Part shown: one piece after another, positions 8,840-17,600 of the stretch
Layout of the letters: each line of letters begins with the position of its first letter
Numbering within the stretch: position 1 is the first letter of the stretch
NCBI GenBank assembly: GCA_041242255.1
Contig: JBESAV010000001.1
Span: 1 to 64,000, forward strand
From: Candidatus Altimarinota bacterium
Lineage (GTDB): Bacteria > Patescibacteriota > Gracilibacteria > UBA1369 > GCA-2718715
Length of the DNA: 64,000 bases
Direction: 5' to 3'
Program-made: the position numbers and the translations under genes
Notes under the pieces: generated by a model
Database searches by the model: none
What the model saw: only the letters and a program-made list of their open reading frames with translations
What the model was told of the DNA's origin: nothing

Positions 8840-10828
8840 ATGGAATTAATTTGTCTAGATATAGAAGCTACAGGTTTAAATCACGAAACTGAAGACATCA
8901 TTGAAGTCGCTGCAGTTAAGTTCAACTTACTCAATGATCAAACAAAAACCTATCATTCCCTTGTAGCTACAGACATTGAAATTCCCAACCTCATTGAAAA
9001 CCTAACTGGTATAAACAATGACATGCTAAAGGATGCACCTCAGCTTGAAAGTATAAAGCAAGACATCATTGATTTCTGCGGAGACTTACCTATTGTAGGA
9101 CACAATATACAATTCGATACAGGCTTTTTAAGAGAAAAAGGAATCGATCTTCCAGGAACCGAAATCGACACTTTACCACTAAGCCAAGCCATCCTTAAAT
9201 ACGAACCAAGCTTCTCACTTGAGATTCTCTGCCAAAAGTACAACAAAACTACTCAACCATCCCACAGAGCCCTAGACGATGTCCTTGCTAACATTGAACT
9301 ACTCAAAATACTAATCCAAAAACTCAACCAACTTCCCCAAGCAAATCTAAAGCTTCTCAAAGAAACCCTCCAAAAAGCCAATCACCCACTTTCTTCAATC
9401 TTACTTGAAGTTCTACAAACCAACACTGAAGACAAACAAGAACTATCCTTTCAGTCCCCTTCCCTTCCTAAAAAACTTCCAAAACTAACTGTTCAAAACA
9501 CTGACCTTCTAGACCCAACCCAACACCCAAACATTCTACCAAAACCAAATACTCTACTAAATCAAACTCAACTTCTTCAAAATCTACAAGCTCTTACTCC
9601 CGAAGAATTAGACCCAAATCTTGATTCCGCCATCAAAGTCATCCTTAAGCTTAACCCTTCACACCTAACTATTCCAGCCTTAAACCACCGTGGTGAACTT
9701 CCCCATTTCATAAAATCCACTCGCCAGCCTGGCACTCAAATACCCTTCCAAGCCGATAGCTATATCTCTAACTATCACACTTTCTTCGAACTATACAAAT
9801 CAAAACAAACAGACAGATTCCAAGAAATCATTATCCTCCCAGATCCATACCTAGTCGAAGGATACCTTTACACAAAAGAAGTTAAAATAAACCTAGACAA
9901 TATACAAAATAAACCAGAAGAAGAGATAACTCTCCTCAAAACTTTTAACCAACTCCAAGAATTCCTCCACCAAAATGTCCAAGACCCAAACTCAACCTAT
10001 AAATACCATGTCCTAGACATGTTCCAAAAATCAGATCAGGAATTTCAACAAATCATTAAATCTCTATCTGAACTAACCCAAAACACTCAAACCAAAAGCC
10101 AACTCCAAATCTTCTCCAAACTCCAATCCCAATACTACATTTGGCTTGAACAATACCAAGACTACCCAGTTCAACTCAAAGCAATTCCTAAAGATACACT
10201 AATCAATCAAAAGGATATCCTCTCACATCTTGAACATCCAAACCTTACCCTTCCATCAAAAAGATCCTCTTCCAGCACCATTCTTCAAACTGTTTCCCAC
10301 CAAGCAGATACACGAACTCAAGAGTATACAAATTTCATTATCCATTACCTCCGTGAAAACTACATGGATATAACCCACACTGGACTAGTCATCAGCCCAA
10401 CTAAACACATCATCAAACAAATCCATGAAGAACTTAGTCTAGAATTCAAAGACCAAGGAATCACCCTACTCAGCCAAGACATAACTGGATCTAAAGGAAA
10501 GATCCTACAACTCCTCGAATCAAACGAATCACCAACCATTCTAGTCTGCACCCACCACTTCTTACTCAAATTCCAACCAGAACTAGCCAAACTAGAAAAA
10601 GCCGTCCTCACCAAACTCCCTATTGGATTACCAGCCCACAAAATCTACCGCATCCTCGAAAAAGAAGACGAAAACTCATTTGGAAATCTAGTCATACCTC
10701 AAACCGGAACAACCATTGCTCACATACTTGATCTTCTCGAACGCAAATACCAACTCCATCAGCTAGACAACCTCGACTACCGCATCGACTCAACTGGCTG
10801 GGGCCGCAAAATTGGGGATAATATCTAA
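8840..10828 (+). CDS. DnaQ-like 3'-5' exonuclease fused to a degenerate DinG-like helicase remnant
   Basis: DIEATG, VGHNIQFD, HRALDDV (DEDDh); C-terminal LTKLP...LDYRI..TGWG resembles the DinG C-terminus; no Walker A or DEAH motif seen. Confidence 0.75.
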   Translation: MELICLDIEATGLNHETEDIIEVAAVKFNLLNDQTKTYHSLVATDIEIPNLIENLTGINNDMLKDAPQLESIKQDIIDFCGDLPIVGHNIQFDTGFLREKGIDLPGTEIDTLPLSQAILKYEPSFSLEILCQKYNKTTQPSHRALDDVLANIELLKILIQKLNQLPQANLKLLKETLQKANHPLSSILLEVLQTNTEDKQELSFQSPSLPKKLPKLTVQNTDLLDPTQHPNILPKPNTLLNQTQLLQNLQALTPEELDPNLDSAIKVILKLNPSHLTIPALNHRGELPHFIKSTRQPGTQIPFQADSYISNYHTFFELYKSKQTDRFQEIIILPDPYLVEGYLYTKEVKINLDNIQNKPEEEITLLKTFNQLQEFLHQNVQDPNSTYKYHVLDMFQKSDQEFQQIIKSLSELTQNTQTKSQLQIFSKLQSQYYIWLEQYQDYPVQLKAIPKDTLINQKDILSHLEHPNLTLPSKRSSSSTILQTVSHQADTRTQEYTNFIIHYLRENYMDITHTGLVISPTKHIIKQIHEELSLEFKDQGITLLSQDITGSKGKILQLLESNESPTILVCTHHFLLKFQPELAKLEKAVLTKLPIGLPAHKIYRILEKEDENSFGNLVIPQTGTTIAHILDLLERKYQLHQLDNLDYRIDSTGWGRKIGDNI

Positions 10829-10835
10829 AAATCAA

Positions 10836-12074
10836 CTAACTATCGAGTAAACTCTCCCCCACCTTCCGACCTGTACACCAAGCCGCCTGGAGATTGAAAC
10901 CTCCTGTAAATCCATCCACATCCAAAACTTCTCCGGCAAAATACAGCCCAGGACAAATCTTTGACTCTAAAGTATTCCTATCTACTTCATTCAAAGTCAC
11001 ACCTCCAGCCGTGACAAACTCATCACCTGGAGTCTTTTTCACTAAACTTAGCTTAAATCTCTTCAAAAACTCGACCACCCTAGCCAACTCTTTCTTAGAA
11101 ACATCTGCCATATTCTTCTCGAGCACACCAGCCTCAAACCTATCTACTAAACGCCTAGGCACATATCCTTTCATCCAAGTTGCTAGATTACGAGATCCAT
11201 GCTCATTTCGATACTCACCAAATCTAGACCTCAAAACTTCCTCATTCATCTCTGGTAAAAAATCTATTTCCAGCTCTGCCGGTTCTACAGAAGAAAATTC
11301 CTCAAAAGCAGCCAAAGAAGACAAAGCAAACACCGCCGGCCCACTTATCCCTTTATGAGTAAAAACAATAGGCCCAGCAAACTCATAAACCGAAGATTCA
11401 CCAAAAAACTTCAACCCAACTTCCTCAAAAGAAAGTCCAGCCAACTCAGCAATCCATTCTTCAGAAACCATATAAGAATTCAAACTCTCAGCCACCTGAG
11501 TAATAGTATGCCCAAGCTTTTCAGCAAATTCATAACCATCTCCAACCGATCCAGTATGCCTATAGGCTCGTCCACCGCAAGCTATAACCAACTTATCAAA
11601 TCTCTCAAAATCTCCACCCCGAACAGCCACCAAAAACCCTTCTTCAGAAGAATCCTTCTGCACTTTCTCCACAACACTCCTGTATCTCACCTCACATCTC
11701 TCATCATCCAATAACTTCTCAAACATCCCCACAAAATCAGCTCCATTATCAGACTTAGGAAAAACTCTCAAATCTCTTTCACACTTCAATGGCACTCCTC
11801 TTTTCTCAATCCATTCTCTCAAATCATCTGGCTGAAAATCATACATCGGAGTCCTCAAAAAAGAAGCACCTCTAGGATAGTTCTTCAAAATCTCTTTCAC
11901 TCCAGAAATTCCAGTAGTCACATTACAACGACCTCCTCCAGAAATCATAACTTTCTGCCCAAGCTTCATATTTCTTTCAAACAAAACAACTTCACCAGTA
12001 AAACTCTCATCTTCCAGCAAAGTAGCCGCCACCATCATCCCAGCTGCTCCTCCACCAATAACCCCAATTCTCAT
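10836..12074 (-). CDS. HI0933/YhiN-family NAD(P)/FAD-dependent oxidoreductase
   Basis: IGGGAAG, KVMISGGGRCNVT, FTHKGISGPA, VTAGGV, GEVLDVDGFTGGFNLQ. Confidence 0.95.
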   Translation of the reverse strand: MRIGVIGGGAAGMMVAATLLEDESFTGEVVLFERNMKLGQKVMISGGGRCNVTTGISGVKEILKNYPRGASFLRTPMYDFQPDDLREWIEKRGVPLKCERDLRVFPKSDNGADFVGMFEKLLDDERCEVRYRSVVEKVQKDSSEEGFLVAVRGGDFERFDKLVIACGGRAYRHTGSVGDGYEFAEKLGHTITQVAESLNSYMVSEEWIAELAGLSFEEVGLKFFGESSVYEFAGPIVFTHKGISGPAVFALSSLAAFEEFSSVEPAELEIDFLPEMNEEVLRSRFGEYRNEHGSRNLATWMKGYVPRRLVDRFEAGVLEKNMADVSKKELARVVEFLKRFKLSLVKKTPGDEFVTAGGVTLNEVDRNTLESKICPGLYFAGEVLDVDGFTGGFNLQAAWCTGRKVGESLLDS

Positions 12075-13159
12075 TTCCCAATGCTAAAAGTATAAGATAA
12101 ATCATCCACATTATACTCAAAACCTTCTCTATCAATAGCAATTATTTTATTAGTCTCATTATTCACATAAGCACCTCCCATAGCTCCATTACCACCACTA
12201 TAATAAGGCACCATACCTGTATCTAGACAAATAAATCGCAATGGACCTCTTTCATCAAAAGACCATGTGATACTTCTAGGAATCTCACCAACATTGTGAC
12301 CTGAAAACACATAATTCACTCCCATATCTTTCAGTATCCTATAAATCCCTATCTGATCAGACTCAGACAATTCCTTTAAAGCAAAGTGATCGAACCAAAT
12401 TGGAGAAACTTCCTCGTTACTATTTGGACCGTCTCTGCGTGAGCCAGCAATCTTAAAATACTCAGACTTACTAGTTCCTTCTTTAATATCATTCCAAAAC
12501 TTGTCATTAACACCTTCAATACCTAATTCTCTAAGAAAATTAGCCCATAACAAATTTAATCCTCCATGCACTACTAGTTTATCATCGAACTTATGAAGTA
12601 AATTTAAAGTATGAAAAAATCTTGTATAAACATGATTGCTCTCCTTCAAAAAAGTCCTCCTTACTATCCCTAATTCTAAATTTTCAGGATTCACATGAAA
12701 TCCATCAAACAATGCCACATTGTCAATTTCAAAATCTTTAATAATCCCTCCACAATATTTCAAAAAGTACATCAAGTCTAATCTCTGCCTTGCATACAAA
12801 GCATTCAACAAAAACCAATCATGATTTCCCACCACTCCATTAAAACTACCTCCATTTTCTAGAACCTGATTCTTCAAACTTATCAATGCATCAAGAGTCT
12901 CTTTATCTTTCCCACCTCTATCAATAAGATCTCCACACAGCACGACATTCACTTTCTCTCCAATCCAGTTTCTTCGTCTATCTATCAAACCAAACCTATT
13001 CAAAGACCTGTATAAAGGCTCAGGATCCCCGTGAATATCAGGCACTATTAAAGTATCATTATTTTCAGAATTTTCTTCCGATACTCCCCTGTCTGTATCT
13101 GTACTCGAACCAGTGATTTCTTCTAAAGTAAACTCACTAGTTTCATAAGAAATTCCCAT
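12071..13159 (-). CDS. Metallophosphoesterase, Shewanella-like PPP phosphatase family
   Basis: PDIHGD, GDLIDRG, GNHD, VHGGL, SGHN, LDTGM motifs; ATGA overlap with the downstream flavoprotein gene. Confidence 0.85.
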   Translation of the reverse strand: MGISYETSEFTLEEITGSSTDTDRGVSEENSENNDTLIVPDIHGDPEPLYRSLNRFGLIDRRRNWIGEKVNVVLCGDLIDRGGKDKETLDALISLKNQVLENGGSFNGVVGNHDWFLLNALYARQRLDLMYFLKYCGGIIKDFEIDNVALFDGFHVNPENLELGIVRRTFLKESNHVYTRFFHTLNLLHKFDDKLVVHGGLNLLWANFLRELGIEGVNDKFWNDIKEGTSKSEYFKIAGSRRDGPNSNEEVSPIWFDHFALKELSESDQIGIYRILKDMGVNYVFSGHNVGEIPRSITWSFDERGPLRFICLDTGMVPYYSGGNGAMGGAYVNNETNKIIAIDREGFEYNVDDLSYTFSIGK

Positions 13160-13212
13160 AAATAGGTCTATTAGGTACTCCCTAATCTACACAATTATAC
13201 TCAATATGTCAA

Positions 13213-14586
13213 TCAATCCTCCAATTTGTACACAGCATCCACTAATGCATCTCTCACTATCTCCGCCACAACTGGATGCCCCCAAACAGCCTGAAGCATA
13301 GCTTTTACTGTCATCTCTTGCATCAAAGGCAGGGAAACACTATGGATAATCTCCGTAGCCAAATCTCCAATCATGTGAACTCCAAGTAGCACTCCATCAG
13401 AAGCACGTACCAAAACCTTACAAAAACCTTCCTGCTCACCTTTCAAAAGTGACTTCCCATTTTGCTTATACAAAGATTTCCCAACAATATATTCAACTCC
13501 CTTATTCTTCAACTCTTCTTCTGAAAGACCACAAGTCGCCACTTCAGGATATGTAAAAATAACATCTGGAAAATACTCATAATCCACCACCAAATCATCA
13601 TAACCTTGATCCATAATCAAATGAGCAATCAAAGCTCCCTCTCTCTCAGCCCCATAAGCACTTCCACTCTTACCAATTATATCACCCAAAGCATAAACCC
13701 CGAACTCAGAAGTCTCCAAAAACTCATCTACAATTATCCTTCCTCTCTCAGAAACCTCCACTCCTGACTGCTTCATAAACTCAGTCACCGGTTCAACCCC
13801 TATAGCACTCAAAACCTTCTCCACTTCAAATTTCTTTCCATTTTTCAAAGAAATCTTTAAACCTTCTCCACTATCATCAATTTCTTCAATCAATGTACCT
13901 AATTCCACCTGAATCCCCTTTTCTTCATAAATTCTCATCAATTCCTCACCCAGCTCTAGGTCATATCTATTCAAAGCATTCTCAGCCAAATCCACTAGCA
14001 CGACCTCTACTCCAAAAGTCTGAAAATAAATAGCAAACTCCGCCCCTACCGGACCAGCCCCAATAATCATTATAGACTCAGGCAGCTCTTCCAACTCAAA
14101 AATATTATCAGCTACAAGATACCTAGAATCAGTATCCTTAAATCCAGGAAACCTCCTAGCACGACCACCAGTAGCTATCACAATATTTTCCGCTTCCAAC
14201 TCTTTTTCACCATCAACCAAAACTTTCTTACCTTCCAGTAATTCAGCATATCCATAAATCAATTCAACTCCATCTCTTTCAATCTTCCCAATCTCCTTTT
14301 TCTGCAAACTCTCAATCACTCTACTTCTAAAATCAACCATATGCCCAAAATCAAAACTGTGACTCAGATCCTCCAAATCAATCCCATAATTATGAAGCTT
14401 ATGAGCATGTCTATACATCTCAGCCGACCAAAGCATCGTCTTCGCTGGAATACACCCACGATTTATACATGTCCCACCAACAGCCTGCGCTTCTATCAAA
14501 GCTACCTTCTCTCCATGCCTTCCTAAAACCCGAGCACATTCAGTCCCACCAGGACCAGCTCCGATCACTATAGTGTCGTACTTCAA
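13213..14586 (-). CDS. lpdA: Dihydrolipoyl dehydrogenase-family pyridine nucleotide-disulfide oxidoreductase
   Basis: GAGPGG, GGTCINRGCIP redox disulfide, GAGPVG, C-terminal HPxxxE; TTG start. Confidence 0.85.
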   Translation of the reverse strand: MKYDTIVIGAGPGGTECARVLGRHGEKVALIEAQAVGGTCINRGCIPAKTMLWSAEMYRHAHKLHNYGIDLEDLSHSFDFGHMVDFRSRVIESLQKKEIGKIERDGVELIYGYAELLEGKKVLVDGEKELEAENIVIATGGRARRFPGFKDTDSRYLVADNIFELEELPESIMIIGAGPVGAEFAIYFQTFGVEVVLVDLAENALNRYDLELGEELMRIYEEKGIQVELGTLIEEIDDSGEGLKISLKNGKKFEVEKVLSAIGVEPVTEFMKQSGVEVSERGRIIVDEFLETSEFGVYALGDIIGKSGSAYGAEREGALIAHLIMDQGYDDLVVDYEYFPDVIFTYPEVATCGLSEEELKNKGVEYIVGKSLYKQNGKSLLKGEQEGFCKVLVRASDGVLLGVHMIGDLATEIIHSVSLPLMQEMTVKAMLQAVWGHPVVAEIVRDALVDAVYKLED

Positions 14587-14670
14587 TTCAAAACATTAAT
14601 TTTAAAAATTATAGCAAACACCCCAAAAATCACTATTTACAAGCTAATACATTAAGCTCTCATGATACAT

Positions 14671-17600
14671 TTATTCTCGAATCATATCATCAAAACTTCT
14701 TCCACCTCCATCTTGGTCAGCATAAGTTACCTCAGCATTTTCTCCAGCCCCTATCCTTAACCCACCTTCAGTAGATGTTCCACCATAACCTCGAGTCATA
14801 GATGCATCCGTATTGATAAACTTTATACCATATTCCTCAAATCTCTGATTCATCTCTACAAATTCACTTCTAGAGTGACCGACTACCACTACATTTACAC
14901 CTCGAGCCTTTAGATTCTCAGCAATTTGAGCAACTTGAGCATCTGTATACTGATTAAGATTATCAAAATCAGCCCATAATGGAGATACATCACTAAGAGA
15001 AACGTCACCTCCACGATCACTTCCAACAGCTGTCCATTCAGTTAAATCCCCAGACTTACAATCCTCCCAAAATTTCTGATTTATTGCATCTACACCATAA
15101 TCCCCAAACATATCAGCCCATTTAGGTGGTAAGCCTGCATGCACGTAAAGCACATCATCAACCTGCTCCATAGCCTTCATAGACCTCAAGAACTCTAAAT
15201 ACTCTGGTTTTTCATGAAAGAAAAACCTCTTAATCGCATCCATACTCCCATATTCTTTTATACCCAGACTTTGATAGAACTCCACTCCTCCATTTCTTAA
15301 ATGAGATGAAAATGACCTTTTTGCACTATCTCCAGAACCATACAAAACATCAAACAAAAACAGCTCATGATTCCCAATCATCACATCTATATGGCCACCA
15401 CTCTCTTTAGCCTGATTAGATAACTTAATAATAGTATCAAAAACTTCCTTATCTTGCCCACCTCTATCAATCAAATCACCTATAAACTGAATTCTTTTGT
15501 TTCCACCAGACCAATTATTATTAGCATCTATCACATCCATACTTCTTAATGCATTGATCATAGCATCATGATCCCCATGCACATCCGGAATAGTTATCAC
15601 CTCTCTTTGACGAGGCACTTCATTGAACTCTAAACCACGTGGATTTCTACTTATTTCCAGTCCTCGATACGAATAAACATCAATCTCCTTCCTAGCAATA
15701 TTACCATCAGGCAAGTACTTGATAACTTTCAGAACACCTGTTTCCACAGATCCATCCTGGATTATCCAACCCCCATCTACTTCTCCATTAGATCTTACTA
15801 TCTTCACAACATCGCCAGTTTGCAATTGATCAAAATCAACCACCAAATCTTCTGGTTTACCAATACTGCTCAATAAATCTTCTTCAAGCATTTTAGCTGC
15901 CTTTAGATTTTGGGCATTTTCTCTTTTTGACTTGTAAGACTCGATCCTATCACGAATCCCCTGCACTACTCGTTCCTTAGCTTCACGACCAGCAACTTTA
16001 TACTTTTCAACACTTTCCTTAACATCATCCACCAACTTCCTAAATGACTGATCAGACCTCTCTTTATAAGCATCTAACCTGTCTCCAAGTCTAACTTCAG
16101 ACGCAAAATAATTTTTCACTCTGTCAGATAAAGCCTTAAACTTTCCACCAGTCTCTCCTGAAACGTTACTTAAGTACTCTCTTAATCTAACTACATTACC
16201 TAAAGCCTCAGTTTGAGCCTCAGTTTTCAAACTAACCTCAGAATTATAAACCTCTCCATCTTTCCTTCTTGGAAGATTATCTAGATCTATTTCTTCCAAT
16301 AAAGCTAAAACTCTAGCTTCAGGGGAATCATCAGACTTTGCTAAATCATTTACCTCACCATTTTCTTTCCTAGCCTCTATTTTCTTAGCGATCATATCCT
16401 TCAACTGAGACTTCATACCCGCTAAACTCTCAATAATATTTTTACCGTTATCGATAAGTACTTCTCGTTGCCTAGATAAATTCTCACCAACATTCCTCAT
16501 CTTAATTTTTCCAGATTCAACTGATGATCTAAATTTATCAACATATACCTCCAGTTTCTCTCTCCTAGATGAAGAGTCGGTTGTAGAAAGAATATCTTCT
16601 TTTAAATTATTCAAAGCAACTGCATCCTCCAAAGGTAATTCACTTGCGTCAAATCTAACCTCTTCAGCATTTACATTTTTTGCCCCTGGAATCATCTTAG
16701 ACACTACGTTCATACCTGAACCTGAGATAGGCATAACCCAAGCTAGAGGATCACTCAAACCTTGAGCTACATCCTTAGCATAATCAGCATCTTTACTAGT
16801 TATCTGTTTTCCAGCTGCATCTAAGGCGGCACCTACAGTTACATCTCCAGCTAAAGCCAAACTATAGTAAAACCCTTTAGAAAAATTACCCATTTGAGAA
16901 TAAGCAACTGCCAATTCATCAGCTCCAGTCAATCCCTTAGTAATAGCCTCTTTTGCACCCATTCCCATTCTAGATGCAACAGCAACTCTTCCAAGATTAG
17001 CCATTCCAGCCCCTGCACCTGCTCCAAGCATATTTACACCAAATTCTGTACCAGCACCTTTTACAAGTTCATAGTTATTATCATAACCCTTTCCAAACAT
17101 AGCATGTGAAACCATAGTAGAAGCCGCTGCCGAAGCACCCGCTGCAGCAACAGTACCAGCAGAAAAAGCAGTTCCACCAGCCGCAGCCGAAGAACCTAAA
17201 GTAAATGGTGATGCCGCAATCCCTGCCGCCGCAGCCGCATACGAACCAATCGCCACACCAATCAAAGTTACTATCTTTCCTCCAAGCTGAACAGTCATCC
17301 AGCTTCTATCTGATATATCAAACGTCCCAAGACCTTGAATATCCGCTAATAATAAAGCCATTTTTTTAGTATTTGGATCATCACCAATACCAAAATATGT
17401 AGTCAAACTCTCCACTCCACTCGCAGACTCTAAATACTTAGTCATCTTTTTAGTAGCAAAACTTCCAAAATCCTTAATCTTATTTTGCAAAGCACCCGAG
17501 TACCTATTAGGTTTTGAAAGATCAGGTATCGGGAATCCTTTACTCATATCACGAATAACTCGCAAAGACATATATCTTTTACTGTACTCTTGAATCGTCT

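Noticed and set aside
10894-11714. Plus-strand ORFs opposite the flavoprotein (and similar shadow ORFs, e.g. 1779-2099, 39015-39400, 60441-60782, 62945-63304)
   Set aside because: They are antisense to well-supported genes, have no motifs, and are explained by strand compositional bias
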